From contig JBHLON010000018.1 of NCBI GenBank assembly GCA_048940445.1, positions 1-64,000 of the forward strand: a stretch of DNA of 64,000 nt. The letters run 5' to 3'. How positions within the stretch are numbered: position 1 is the stretch's first letter; every line of letters starts with the position of its first letter. The position numbers and the translations under genes were made by a program. This document shows, piece after piece, positions 30,095-40,874 of the stretch. Under the pieces are notes generated by a model, which was not told where the DNA came from, ran no database searches, and saw only the letters and a program-made list of their open reading frames with translations. The DNA is from Promethearchaeota archaeon. GTDB taxonomy: Archaea > Asgardarchaeota > Lokiarchaeia > Sigyniarchaeales > SOKP01.

Positions 30095-30685
30095 TTAATT
30101 CGCTTCCACGTTTTTCAAGTGAAAGTGACGTTGTAGGTGAAAAATCAAAAACGGAAAATAGATTAAAATAATTAAAAAAAATTGATAAGCAAACATGAGG
30201 AGAGAAAAAAACATAAGAACAAATAATACAACTTCTATTGCTAGACAAAATTTATTATTATAATATTTTACATCAAAAAATGACTCGGGTCTCTTGTAAT
30301 TAGACAAGTATAGCGAGATATTGTCAAATTCTTCTTTTGTAATTAACAATTTTAACCCTACTTGTCTTTTGGGAAAGTAAAATACATTTGTTCCCCAGTC
30401 GAACGTATCTATAAGAATATGTATAATATATGCCATACCACTAAAAATTAATATTCTAAAAGGAAAAATAATTCCAATTATAATCATAAGGACACTAGGG
30501 ATAATTGAATGAGAAATTAACATCCTATGATTATGATCTTTAGCATATTTGGAGAAAAACACATCAAAATCACATATAAAAGAAAAAATTACAATTAATA
30601 TGAATTCTGTAAAATTAAAATTGTAAAAGTAATTCAATATCGAGGAAAAAATAACTCCTATGGCAAAATGTGAATTTATATGAAT
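30095..30685 (-). CDS. membrane-bound metal-dependent hydrolase (start extended to ATT at 30685)
   Basis: DFD..HR..SHS, HILID motifs; in-frame extension gives the typical N-terminal HINSHFAIG, with GGTGA 6 nt upstream. Confidence 0.72.
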   Translation of the reverse strand: MHINSHFAIGVIFSSILNYFYNFNFTEFILIVIFSFICDFDVFFSKYAKDHNHRMLISHSIIPSVLMIIIGIIFPFRILIFSGMAYIIHILIDTFDWGTNVFYFPKRQVGLKLLITKEEFDNISLYLSNYKRPESFFDVKYYNNKFCLAIEVVLFVLMFFSLLMFAYQFFLIILIYFPFLIFHLQRHFHLKNVEAN

Positions 30686-30691
30686 ATAAAA

Positions 30692-31672
30692 TCACCCAAC
30701 GTAGTTTTTTTGCCGTAATCGCTTTAATACATTTGATTTGCATTGAAATCCATCTGGACCTTTTCTTTCAACTAAAAAAGAGGCTGCTGCAGACGCAAGA
30801 TAGGCAGAACTTCTCACCGCTTCCCATGATTTGTCAGAGTTAAGAAATTCGTATAAAAAAATAGCTAAATAAACATCTCCTGCTCCCGTTTCATCAATAA
30901 TTTTATTAGCTTTAAATGCAGGAATATTCATTATTTCATGCCCTTTTTTAATTACTCTTGATCCTGCTTCACCAAGAGTCATGATATAGATTCCATTATT
31001 ATCGAATTTATTAAAATAATACATAACCTCATCTAAATCATCATTATTAGAAATTAGTTTCATTTCTATTTCAGAACCTTTTAATATTAATCTATCTCCA
31101 ACTAAATCAATAATTGCCTTCATATTATCCATCAGATCTCTATTCCAAACGTATGAAACAGCACCATCATCATCGATATGTCTAATAAAACCTTGAGCAT
31201 CTAAACCAATAAATACATTAGGGAATGCCTCCACAACTTTCGATACGTACTCGTAAGATATTTCATTACATAACGGCACTAAAACAATTACATCAGGTTG
31301 ATTAGCGATAAAATCCTTCGGAAAGTCTTCAAAATTAAGGTTTGGACTTTTAGTTTTAAGAGTTAAAGCACGAGAGTGATTAACATAGTTTAACACAAAT
31401 TGGGTATTATCTGTATTAAATGATTTTATACCCCTTAAATCAACTTTATTATCTTTTAATAAATCTAATAAAGCCATATTAAAGTTTAATATTCCTAAAT
31501 TAGAAACTATTTTAATAGACCCATTTCGATCATATTCTCTTAACGCTAATGAGCCAAAAGATACACTACCTCCTAAAGAAGGTTTTCTTATTTTCTTAAA
31601 ACGGATTATAGAATCAACAGCTAAATGACCAATGAATAAGAATGATAAATGATTGGGTTTTTTTTCGCTCAT
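30692..31672 (-). CDS. PfkB/ribokinase-family carbohydrate or nucleoside kinase
   Basis: LGGSVSF, DAQGFIR, TLGEAGS, DETGAGDVY. Confidence 0.9.
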   Translation of the reverse strand: MSEKKPNHLSFLFIGHLAVDSIIRFKKIRKPSLGGSVSFGSLALREYDRNGSIKIVSNLGILNFNMALLDLLKDNKVDLRGIKSFNTDNTQFVLNYVNHSRALTLKTKSPNLNFEDFPKDFIANQPDVIVLVPLCNEISYEYVSKVVEAFPNVFIGLDAQGFIRHIDDDGAVSYVWNRDLMDNMKAIIDLVGDRLILKGSEIEMKLISNNDDLDEVMYYFNKFDNNGIYIMTLGEAGSRVIKKGHEIMNIPAFKANKIIDETGAGDVYLAIFLYEFLNSDKSWEAVRSSAYLASAAASFLVERKGPDGFQCKSNVLKRLRQKNYVG

Positions 31673-31775
31673 GTGTCTTCATTTTTAATTTCTTATTATT
31701 GAAAAAATTTTTGATAAGAATTCATAATTCTAAAAGAAGTAGCTATCAAAATTTAATCCAATTTATGAGCATAAA

Positions 31776-32858
31776 TTAACGATCAATTGATTCTTGCAGT
31801 TCTTTTATTTTCTGGTCCTTTTCTTGTATTGTAGATTTTAATTTGTTAATATTTTTTTGTAATTCTTCTACGAGATTAGTCATAGGGCCAGAATTAGGTC
31901 CTACTTGAGCTATTTGGGATAATTTTAACTGTGTTATTATATCTACCTTTTCTTTTAACTCATTTTCCAATACTTTGATTTTTTCATCAAAATCTGATGA
32001 AATTTCCTTGGAAGCAGTTTTTTGTAGAGACTTTTGTAATTCGGTTACATCCTTTTTTAAGGCTTCATTTTCTGCTTTTAGGTTCAATATTTCTTCTGGA
32101 TTAATTTTCAAACCTTTTTCTTCAAGCACTTCTTTAAGTTGAGATTTTTCTGTCGTTAATTTATCAATCACTTTTTTATATTTATTTAAATCTGCTTGTA
32201 AATCTTGACATAGTTGTTCTAAAGGTTGTGAAGAACTTATAGGAGGTTTTGGCTTAATAACTTCAGTTTGTTCAATGGGTACTACATAGTCAATTGGAAG
32301 GGTTTTAATTTTTTCGACTAGTTGTTGATTAATTACTTCATTTTCATTTGTTAGTTCTGAGACTTTTAATTCTAATTCTGAAATGAGAGATGATTTCTTT
32401 GACAATTCTGATCTTAAATCATCAATCAAGGATCTATTTACAGCAGAATCCGAACTCATCCCAGACACCTTTAATCTTGATATTTCATCTTCTTTATTCT
32501 TTATATCTTTATCTTTTTCAAGCAAAAGTTTTACCATGCTCTTTGCCTTATTATTTAATTCTAAGTTTTCACTTTCTAAATCCTTTAGTCGGTTATTAAT
32601 TTCTTGTACGATTTGATCTTTCTCTGTTTTTAATTTTTCTTTCTCTTCAACAGTTCTTCTAATAATCTCTTCAGATCTACTGATTAAATCTATGTTTTGA
32701 GAAATTTTTTGCCTTAATTCATTATTTTCTTGCTGTAATTTATTAATTTGATTTAACGTATCAGTAACAACAGAGGGATTCTTATTATTAGTATCCATTT
32801 TCTTTTTCCAAAGGGATATAAAGTCCTCAACCTTCCCATCTTCATTTTCGTCGGTCAT
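31776..32858 (-). CDS. long coiled-coil protein
   Basis: continuous heptad-like K/E/L/Q-rich segments with a Pro-rich hinge. Confidence 0.75.
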   Translation of the reverse strand: MTDENEDGKVEDFISLWKKKMDTNNKNPSVVTDTLNQINKLQQENNELRQKISQNIDLISRSEEIIRRTVEEKEKLKTEKDQIVQEINNRLKDLESENLELNNKAKSMVKLLLEKDKDIKNKEDEISRLKVSGMSSDSAVNRSLIDDLRSELSKKSSLISELELKVSELTNENEVINQQLVEKIKTLPIDYVVPIEQTEVIKPKPPISSSQPLEQLCQDLQADLNKYKKVIDKLTTEKSQLKEVLEEKGLKINPEEILNLKAENEALKKDVTELQKSLQKTASKEISSDFDEKIKVLENELKEKVDIITQLKLSQIAQVGPNSGPMTNLVEELQKNINKLKSTIQEKDQKIKELQESIDR

Positions 32859-32900
32859 AGCATTTTAAAATTCTTTTAATCATATATTAAAATATTAGAT

Positions 32901-33785
32901 TTATTTAATAATTATCCCAGAAAAATATCCCACACAATATCCATAAAAATTTCCAGTTTTTTCTGCGCTAGTATAATATTTTAATAACTTGCCTTCTGTT
33001 GCATTTAGATTATTGCAAATTAGCATTAAAGTTGTAATTGTTTGAGGGCCGCATACAGTTCTTTCAAGTGCTGTTTCAAGGGCTTTTAAAGGATTTAACT
33101 CAATAAATGAATCAATAACTTTTTTATCTCCTTCTTTTAATTTTTTTAATTGATCTGTCCCATGTATTTCCTTATGAGTCATGTCAGATGATGCAATAAT
33201 GATTACATCTTTATCATATGTTCTAATCACTTCTGATATTGCTTCAGCTATAATTTTTAATGTATTGTAATCCCTCACGGAAATAACTATTGGAATTATT
33301 TTTACATCTTTATCACCCGAGCAGTATTTTATGAAAGGAAGTTGTACTTCGATATTATGTTCTCTTCCAAATGGATACCCAATGAATGCGGATTTATCGT
33401 TTTTAACGATATTACTCTTTTTTAGAATTTTACTTGATAATTCTGTATCGATAGTCAAATTACCTAAAGGAGTCTCCCATTCTCCTTTATCCATTAATGC
33501 AATTCCTCCATATCCTATATGATCTGTGCCAAGAACTATAACTGTATCAGGAATTTTTTCTTTAAATAGATTGAGATAAGTAAAGGCTGCACAACAACCA
33601 GAATATACATAACCAGCATGAGGACAGACTCCTCCTATAACGTTTCTTACTTCTTGATTAAGAGAATGTATATCTTCACCTGGACCAAATTCCTTGTCTA
33701 AAAATGATTGTTTAATGATCTTAGATAAATTAGAATTGTTGCTTGGATAAAACTGACCAGCATTTGACGCTTGTCGAATAGTCAT
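32901..33785 (-). CDS. MEMO1-family protein (AmmeMemoRadiSam protein B)
   Basis: IRQASNAGQFYP, PHAGYVYSG, WETPLG, EHNIEVQLPF, SSDMTH, CG, YYTS, VGY. Confidence 0.93.
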   Translation of the reverse strand: MTIRQASNAGQFYPSNNSNLSKIIKQSFLDKEFGPGEDIHSLNQEVRNVIGGVCPHAGYVYSGCCAAFTYLNLFKEKIPDTVIVLGTDHIGYGGIALMDKGEWETPLGNLTIDTELSSKILKKSNIVKNDKSAFIGYPFGREHNIEVQLPFIKYCSGDKDVKIIPIVISVRDYNTLKIIAEAISEVIRTYDKDVIIIASSDMTHKEIHGTDQLKKLKEGDKKVIDSFIELNPLKALETALERTVCGPQTITTLMLICNNLNATEGKLLKYYTSAEKTGNFYGYCVGYFSGIIIK

Positions 33786-33907
33786 ATTTAATCATATTAA
33801 TTTTTTATTTATACTTAAAACTAAGATGACTAAATTTTAAAATTTTTATTGTCACTTCCACTTTTTTAAATTGATAGAATTATTAAATTATATTTAATGA
33901 TTCTATC

Positions 33908-34513
33908 TTGATGAATGAAGAACAGAAAACCCAAATTTCCCTTGATGATATCAGCGAAGAGAATCTACCTGAAAAAATTCCAGCCACATTTATAAATTCA
34001 AGAGTAATTGTTTTTAACCCCTTATTTGCTTCTTATTTATATGTAAAACTAAAATTTTTTGGCTCTCCACTTGGAATTAGTAAACCACGTTTGGAATATT
34101 TTTCTAAACCCTCCGAATTAAGCTTAATAGAAGCTTATTATCTACTTCTAAAAGGTAAAATTACGATAGAGGATCCTGTAATGAGTCAATCTCTTGGTCC
34201 TAATGAGTTTCTTGAGATTGCTAAACAACAACATAATAAATTCGAAGAAAAATTTATAATTTATAAAGATTTACGAGAAAAAGGATATATTCCACGTCCT
34301 GGGTTAAAATTTGGAGCAGATTTCGTTGTGTATAAAAAAGGTCCTGGGTTAGAACACTCTCCATTTATAGTTCATGTATTACCACATGATGCTAAAATTT
34401 CTGCAATTGATATGGTTAGAGCTGGAAGATTGGCAACATCAGTTAGAAAAAAATTTGTAATTGCAAATCCATTGACGATTAGTTATTACTTTTTTGAATG
34501 GTTTAAACCTTAG
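33908..34513 (+). CDS. endA: tRNA-intron endonuclease
   Basis: LSLIEAYYL, YKDLREKGY, GLKFGADFVVY, HS, RLATSVRKK (catalytic Tyr/His/Lys). Confidence 0.93.
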   Translation: MMNEEQKTQISLDDISEENLPEKIPATFINSRVIVFNPLFASYLYVKLKFFGSPLGISKPRLEYFSKPSELSLIEAYYLLLKGKITIEDPVMSQSLGPNEFLEIAKQQHNKFEEKFIIYKDLREKGYIPRPGLKFGADFVVYKKGPGLEHSPFIVHVLPHDAKISAIDMVRAGRLATSVRKKFVIANPLTISYYFFEWFKP

Positions 34514-34800
34514 TGAAGATTCATGTTCTATTATTCCTACATTATAAAGAATTTTTAAATGAATATAGCTAATACCCTTATTTTACTCTAAACTACAATA
34601 TATTTCATCTCTATGAAAGAATTTATTGAAAAAGTACAAATCTGATACCAAAAAATACTATTTAATCTTACACTTATATTCGTTCAAATTTAAATAACTG
34701 ATACTTTACTTTAAAAATAAAGAATATTAAATTATGTACATTTTAATATGTTAATTAAATAGTTATTGTTTAAAACTAATTACAAATAAAAGGTCTAAAA

Positions 34801-35172
34801 GTGAAGCATAAAAATAAGTTTTACTTATTACTAGCACTTTATCAAGTAGTTTTAGTAATAATTGTGTTTTTTTCGGTAACTGGGTTAGTAACATTTGTCA
34901 GCGCACAACAACCAACCGCTTATGATTATTATAATACTCTAACCGCTGGACTTCTTGGTATTGGATCAGGATTATCTATTGGTTTAGCAGCTATAGGTGG
35001 TGGAATAGCAATTAAGACAGTTGGTACTGCTGTAATTTCTGCAATGTTAGAAAGAGAAGAATCATTCGGTAAAGCTTTTATAGTGGTTGCATTAGGTGAG
35101 GCTCTTGCGATTTATGGGTTAATTGTCGCGATATTATTATGGACAAAAATTCCAACCATCCCAACAGGTTAA
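34801..35172 (+). CDS. atpK: A/V-type ATP synthase proteolipid subunit K (c)
   Basis: Gly-rich hairpin with ALGEALAIYGL carrying the ion-binding Glu; extra N-terminal hydrophobic helix. Confidence 0.92.
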   Translation: MKHKNKFYLLLALYQVVLVIIVFFSVTGLVTFVSAQQPTAYDYYNTLTAGLLGIGSGLSIGLAAIGGGIAIKTVGTAVISAMLEREESFGKAFIVVALGEALAIYGLIVAILLWTKIPTIPTG

Positions 35173-35208
35173 ATAGCATAATCTAATTTTTTATCTGGTG
35201 AAATTACA

Positions 35209-36258
35209 ATGAGCGGTGTTATTGTACCTGAATATAGTTATTTATATGTAAAATTGGCAATTTTAAAACAGATTGTATTAAGTAAATCAGAACTTGTTAA
35301 AATACAAACTATCACATCAATTGATGAACTTATAGAGTTCTTAAAGCCGTATTACCCTGATACTTCTTTTAAAATACATTCAATTTCGGAAATCGAAAAA
35401 TCTCTTTATTATAGTTTTTTTAAATTAATTGGGAAAATCCTTGTAAATTCATCAGAAGAATTAAGACAATTTTTAAAGTTTTTTTTAATGAAGTATGAGA
35501 TTTACAATATAAAGAATATAATTCTGGGAACGATTCTGAATAAAACTAAAAAAGAAAAAACAAATGGTACAAATTTTTTAATTGAAGAATTACTAGATAA
35601 TGAAGATTTTATTCGGGAACTTATAAATAAACGTACTATCAACGAAATTCAGTTATATATGAAAAAAACAAATTATTATCAAGTTGTAAAGGAAGGTCTT
35701 GATTTTTATAAGAGAAATCAAGAAATTTTTGTTTTAGCAGTTTATCTCGATAAGTTATACTATGAAGATTTAAGCAGAGTAAAATCCAGATTCAGTAATA
35801 TAGATTTTAAAATAATAGAAACATACATTAATTATGTTGTCGAAATCTATAATCTTAAAATTCTTTACCGTGGGATTAAAAATAATATTGAAAAAAATTT
35901 ACTTTCTCAACTACTTGTAAATAGTTTTTTATTCCTAAATTCAAAAAAATTTAATATTTTATTAAATCAAGAGACAATTGAAGGATTTAATCAATCATTA
36001 ATAACCCTTTTAACGACATCTAAGTCAAAGATATTTCCACCAGATATTTTGAGTAAAAGTGATGAAGATATCATTGCTATATTAAAGAGTATATATGATG
36101 AATACTTTTTAAAGGAATGTCATAAAGAAGTGACGAGTTTAGCTTCACTTACAACAAGTAAAGTTTTAGAATTACTAGTTAAAAAGGAATCCGAGATAAA
36201 AGATGTTTTAATTCCTTTAGTTGTTAATATTATAAATCTGAAATATCAAACTTTATAA
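35209..36258 (+). CDS. atpC: A/V-type ATP synthase subunit C
   Basis: YSYLYVK, KYEIYNIK, LDKLYY, EIYNLKILYRG; operon position. Confidence 0.85.
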   Translation: MSGVIVPEYSYLYVKLAILKQIVLSKSELVKIQTITSIDELIEFLKPYYPDTSFKIHSISEIEKSLYYSFFKLIGKILVNSSEELRQFLKFFLMKYEIYNIKNIILGTILNKTKKEKTNGTNFLIEELLDNEDFIRELINKRTINEIQLYMKKTNYYQVVKEGLDFYKRNQEIFVLAVYLDKLYYEDLSRVKSRFSNIDFKIIETYINYVVEIYNLKILYRGIKNNIEKNLLSQLLVNSFLFLNSKKFNILLNQETIEGFNQSLITLLTTSKSKIFPPDILSKSDEDIIAILKSIYDEYFLKECHKEVTSLASLTTSKVLELLVKKESEIKDVLIPLVVNIINLKYQTL

Positions 36259-36283
36259 AAAAAATTAAGTAAGGGTAGAAAAA

Positions 36284-36595
36284 TTGAATATATTTGATAA
36301 CGTAAAAGACTTAGAGAAAATGTATGAAAATCTCTTAAATGAAGCAAAAGAGAGGCATACAAAAGAATTTCGTAAATTGAGAGAGAAATCTGATAAAATA
36401 ATTGAAGAACGTGTCAAAATATTGGATGAATTTATAAATAAAGTTTTGGAGAATCTTACAATAGAATTGCAGAAAAAAACTAATGAATATAAAAAAACTA
36501 TTGCACAACTATTCCAAAAAATTGAACAAGAATATAAAGAGAATAAAGAAGAGTTTATAAATCAAATAATAAAAATATTGGAGTTACCATTCTAA
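36284..36595 (+). CDS. A/V-type ATP synthase peripheral stalk subunit G/H
   Basis: 103-aa charged coiled coil within the operon. Confidence 0.7.
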   Translation: MNIFDNVKDLEKMYENLLNEAKERHTKEFRKLREKSDKIIEERVKILDEFINKVLENLTIELQKKTNEYKKTIAQLFQKIEQEYKENKEEFINQIIKILELPF

Positions 36596-36924
36596 TGTCA
36601 ACTTCGAATTATGATAGGATTATGGTTTTTGGGAATGAAGAAACAGTAACATTGTTTGAATTATTAGGTATTGAGGGGAAAGTTATTAATGATTTCAACG
36701 AATTTGAATTAGAATTATATGAAATTATAAAAAATCCGATGATTGGAATGATTCTTATCTCCGAAAATATTTTATCAGGTCACTTAGATTTTTATTTAAA
36801 TTTTAAATTGAATAACCCAAAACCTTTTATCTTTTTATTACCCGATATCTTTCAATCGAAAAACATCAATACTGATTTAATCACAAAAAAAATTCAAGAA
36901 TATATAGGAAAAGCCATGCATTAA
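36595..36924 (+). CDS. atpF: A/V-type ATP synthase subunit F
   Basis: IMVFGNEETVTLFELLGIEG, IGMILISE, P.I..LPD, IQEYIG. Confidence 0.9.
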   Translation: MSTSNYDRIMVFGNEETVTLFELLGIEGKVINDFNEFELELYEIIKNPMIGMILISENILSGHLDFYLNFKLNNPKPFIFLLPDIFQSKNINTDLITKKIQEYIGKAMH

Positions 36925-36940
36925 ATAGAGGTGAAAATTA

Positions 36941-37690
36941 ATGGAAGATAGTAATTTCAATTTAAAAAAAGAATTTGGAAAATTAGGATTATATTTAGTT
37001 GAGAATGCAGAAAATGAAATAAAAGAAATTGAACGTAAACAGGTTTTATTAAATTCTAGCTTGAAAAAAAGAAAGAATGAACGAATTGAACAAATTCTAA
37101 ATAAGAAAAAAAAGCAATTTAAAGATCTATATATCTCTGAAATAAATGAATCTACAGTTTCGATCTTATTGGATGTTAAAAATCAATTGTTAGACTTAAA
37201 AAATAAACTAATCTTTAACTTTAAAAATGATTTTAAAAAAGAGATTGCACTCAAAATCTCAAAAAATTATGATCAATATATTAATTATCTGATTAAGATA
37301 ATAAAAGAAAAAGTAGAGGACTTAAAGATTCATAAAAAGACAATATTTATTTTGAATTCTGGTGATTATAATTATCTCAATAATCATAAAGGATTATTAC
37401 AGTCTCTTCAAATAGATAATTATGAATTGAAGAAATCTGAAAAAGAATACATAGGAGGCTACATGTTAAAAATTCCAGAAGAATCATTTATTTTAAATTT
37501 TATGCTTGAAAATCAAATAAATCTAAAAACAAATGAATTTGAATCATTATTGACAGATGAACTATCATCATTAGAGGAAACCTTCTATGAAATAAATGAA
37601 AGATTTGAAAAAAGTATCGCAGATATAAGAAATAATATTCAAATTTATTTAGAAAAACTAGAAGAATTGGTATCGAATGATAAGTTCTAA
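36941..37690 (+). CDS. atpE: A/V-type ATP synthase subunit E
   Basis: N-terminal coiled coil, IGGYML motif; operon position. Confidence 0.82.
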   Translation: MEDSNFNLKKEFGKLGLYLVENAENEIKEIERKQVLLNSSLKKRKNERIEQILNKKKKQFKDLYISEINESTVSILLDVKNQLLDLKNKLIFNFKNDFKKEIALKISKNYDQYINYLIKIIKEKVEDLKIHKKTIFILNSGDYNYLNNHKGLLQSLQIDNYELKKSEKEYIGGYMLKIPEESFILNFMLENQINLKTNEFESLLTDELSSLEETFYEINERFEKSIADIRNNIQIYLEKLEELVSNDKF

Positions 37691-39479
37691 AAAAGGTTCT
37701 ATTGCAAGTATTCATGGATCATTAATTTCAATAAAAGGAATTGAGAAACAAGTAAAACTTCATAATATTGTGAAAGTTGAAAAACATAATATTTTAGGAG
37801 AAGTTTTACAAATTTATCCTGATCATGTGATTGCTCAATGTTTTGAAAATACGGAGAAATTAAGAATTCATGAGGATGTACTTGACTTAGGTTCACCATT
37901 ATCTATGGAACTAGCACCAGGTTTAATTTCGAGTATATTTGATGGTATTCAAAGGCCCTTAAAGGTTATTCATGAACAAAAAGGTGGATTTTTAGAGCGT
38001 GGCATCGAGGTTGAACCACTATCAAGAACAAAGAAATGGCTTTTTAAGCCCTCTAAAAAGATTGGAGATAAAGTAGTAGAAGGTGATGTTATAGGGACTG
38101 TAAAAGAAACTCCTTTAATTGAACATAAAATTATGGTTCCTTTCACTTATTCTGGAATAATCACACAAATCGCCCAAGAAGGAGAATATACGATTTTAGA
38201 AGATATTTATACACTTAAACGAGAGAATGATGTTATTTCATTTCCAATGCTTCAAAAATGGCCAGTTACAAAAGCTAGACCGTTTAAAAGAAAGAATGTT
38301 CCGCAGGAACCTTTAATTACAGGAATTCGTGTAATTGATTTACTATTTCCTATTGCAAGAGGAGGTTGTGTTGCAGTTCCTGGTGGTTTTGGAACAGGAA
38401 AAACGGTAATACAACAATCCTTAGCAAAATGGTGTAATGCAGATATAATTATTTTAGTAGGATGTGGAGAACGTGGAAATGAAATGGCTGATGTTCTAAA
38501 AGATTTCTTGAAAATTATTGATCCCAAAACAAATCGTCCTTTAATTGAAAGGGTTGTTCTCATAGCAAATACATCAAATATGCCCGTTTCTGCGCGAGAA
38601 ATTAGTATTTTTTCCGGTGTTACCATCGCTGAATATTACAGAGATATGGGATATAATGTTGCTGTGTTAGCAGATAGTACTTCAAGATGGGCAGAAGCTT
38701 TAAGAGAAATCTCGGGATTGATGGAAGAAATGCCTGCAGAAGAAGGATATCCCGCGTATTTATCTTCTAAATTATCAAGTTTTTATGAAAGATCTGGTGT
38801 TGTTCAATTAATTGGTTCTGAAGAAAAATATGGTTCTATTACCCTTGTAGGATCAGTGTCACCTCCCTCTGGGGACTTTAGCGAACCTGTTACTGCCACT
38901 ACAAAACGTTTTGTACAAGCGTTCTGGGCTTTAGATGCGAAATTAGCATACTCAAAACATTACCCCGCAATAAATTGGTTAGATTCATATTCAAAATATA
39001 CAGATTATGTTTCAGATTGGTGGTTTGAAAGAAATTTTAATTGGACAGAAATTGACGTAGATTGGACAGAATGTAGAACAAAAGTTGATGAAATTCTCGC
39101 TAAAGAAGCTAATTTAGAAAATATTAGTCAATTAATTGGAGAAGAAAACTTACCAGAAGAACAACAGCTCAGCCTTTTTTTAGCAAACCTCATAAAAAAT
39201 GGTTTTTTAATACAAAATGCTTTTGATGAAATTGACCGATTTACTAACCCTAAAAAGCTATTAGGTATGGTAAAACTTATTTTATTATTTTATAATAAAG
39301 CAAGTGACCTTTTACAATCTGGAGTATTATTAGAAGATATAAAAAGATTAGCTACTATTAATACAATCCTAAGAATTGGTATCACTATACCTAACGAGAA
39401 TTTTGATAAGATAGTCGAAATAAAAGATGATTTAATAGAAGAAATGGAAGATTTAAAACTAAGCTATAGAGAGATATAG
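37677..39479 (+). CDS. atpA: A/V-type ATP synthase catalytic subunit A
   Basis: GGFGTGKT, GCGERGNE, NTSNMP, DSTSRWAEALRE, MPAEEGYPAYL. Confidence 0.97.
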   Translation: MISSKKGSIASIHGSLISIKGIEKQVKLHNIVKVEKHNILGEVLQIYPDHVIAQCFENTEKLRIHEDVLDLGSPLSMELAPGLISSIFDGIQRPLKVIHEQKGGFLERGIEVEPLSRTKKWLFKPSKKIGDKVVEGDVIGTVKETPLIEHKIMVPFTYSGIITQIAQEGEYTILEDIYTLKRENDVISFPMLQKWPVTKARPFKRKNVPQEPLITGIRVIDLLFPIARGGCVAVPGGFGTGKTVIQQSLAKWCNADIIILVGCGERGNEMADVLKDFLKIIDPKTNRPLIERVVLIANTSNMPVSAREISIFSGVTIAEYYRDMGYNVAVLADSTSRWAEALREISGLMEEMPAEEGYPAYLSSKLSSFYERSGVVQLIGSEEKYGSITLVGSVSPPSGDFSEPVTATTKRFVQAFWALDAKLAYSKHYPAINWLDSYSKYTDYVSDWWFERNFNWTEIDVDWTECRTKVDEILAKEANLENISQLIGEENLPEEQQLSLFLANLIKNGFLIQNAFDEIDRFTNPKKLLGMVKLILLFYNKASDLLQSGVLLEDIKRLATINTILRIGITIPNENFDKIVEIKDDLIEEMEDLKLSYREI

Positions 39480-39482
39480 ACA

Positions 39483-40868
39483 ATGAGCGTAACATATAAT
39501 AAAATTAATCAGATAATCGGATCCCTATTATTTTTAAAGAATAATCATGATGTTCAGTTCGGAGAATTTGTGAAAATTATTACTAACACTGGAGAAGAAC
39601 GAAATGGACAAATTATAAGGATGGATGAAGAGGTATTAGTTCTTGAAGTTTTTCAAGATACGACTGGCATATCTTCAGAAAACTCAGATATCGCCTTTAC
39701 GGGAGATTTATTTAAAGTGAAATTATCTAAAGATATGATGGGGGGCACATTTAATTCTTTAGGAAAACCAATTAATATTTATACTAAAAAAACTTTAGAT
39801 TCGGATATAATTTCGGGCGTTGAACGAGAAATTAATGGAAGCCCCATTAATCCATTTGCTCGAGAATATCCTACTGAAATAATTCAAACAGGAATTTCGG
39901 TTATTGATGGATTAAATACACTAATTCGAGGTCAAAAATTGCCCATTTTTAGTGGACAAGGTTTATCTCATAATAATTTAGCAGCTCAAATAGTAACTCA
40001 GGCAAGAGTTTTGACAAATGAACCATTTTTAGTAATTTTTTGTGGGATTGGTTTGCTACAAGACGAAGCTGTATTCTTTTTGGATAAGTTTAAAGAAAGT
40101 GGAAATATAAATAATATCCTATCTTTTTTCAATTTTATAGATGATCCTGTCATGGAGCGTCTTATAATTCCAAGAGTTGCACTTACAGCTGCAGAATATT
40201 TTGCTTTTGAAAAAGATATGCATGTGTTAATTATTTTGATTAACATGACAAATTATGCGGAGGCTTTAAGAGAATTAAGTTCTGCTCGAGAAGAAATTCC
40301 AAGTAGAAAAGGGTATCCGGGATATTTATATTCTGATTTAGCCTCTATATATGAACGTACGGGTAAAATCAAGGGAAAAAAAGGATCAATAACCCAAATT
40401 CCAATTCTTACAATGCCAAACGATGACATAACTCATCCCATTGCCGACACCTCAGGTTATATTACTGAAGGTCAAATAGTATTAAATAGAAGTATGCATA
40501 AAAGCGGAATCTATCCTCCTATTGAATTATTAGCTTCATTATCACGACTTATGAAGGATGCTATAGGAGAAAAAACAACAAGGGCAGATCATGCTGATGT
40601 TGCATCCCAATTACTCGCATCTTATTCGGAGTCTCTGGATGTAAAAGAATTAATTTCTATAGTTGGAGAAGATAGTTTAAATCAATATCAAACATCATTA
40701 TTGAATTTTAATAGAGAATTTGAAGCAAAATTCATAAATCAAGAAGAAACAGAGAATAGAAGCTTTGAAGATACTTTAAATATAGCCTGGAAGGTGTTAG
40801 CAAATATTCGGAAAGAAAACCTTTATAGAATTCATGATGAATTTGTTAAAAAATATTATCCTGGGTGA
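39483..40868 (+). CDS. atpB: A/V-type ATP synthase subunit B
   Basis: RGQKLPIFSG, NYAEALRE, GYPGYLYSDL, DDITHPI, SLSRLM. Confidence 0.97.
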   Translation: MSVTYNKINQIIGSLLFLKNNHDVQFGEFVKIITNTGEERNGQIIRMDEEVLVLEVFQDTTGISSENSDIAFTGDLFKVKLSKDMMGGTFNSLGKPINIYTKKTLDSDIISGVEREINGSPINPFAREYPTEIIQTGISVIDGLNTLIRGQKLPIFSGQGLSHNNLAAQIVTQARVLTNEPFLVIFCGIGLLQDEAVFFLDKFKESGNINNILSFFNFIDDPVMERLIIPRVALTAAEYFAFEKDMHVLIILINMTNYAEALRELSSAREEIPSRKGYPGYLYSDLASIYERTGKIKGKKGSITQIPILTMPNDDITHPIADTSGYITEGQIVLNRSMHKSGIYPPIELLASLSRLMKDAIGEKTTRADHADVASQLLASYSESLDVKELISIVGEDSLNQYQTSLLNFNREFEAKFINQEETENRSFEDTLNIAWKVLANIRKENLYRIHDEFVKKYYPG

Positions 40869-40874
40869 TATTTA

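Noticed and set aside
32901-33785. MEMO1 as a eukaryotic signature protein
   Set aside because: The family is widespread in bacteria and archaea.
40866-40868. Selenocysteine or readthrough at the in-frame TGA between atpB and atpD (and between pfkB and the hydrolase)
   Set aside because: The TGA falls at the normal protein end, not at a Cys-equivalent site, and I saw no SECIS-like element. SD plus ATT initiation explains it more simply.
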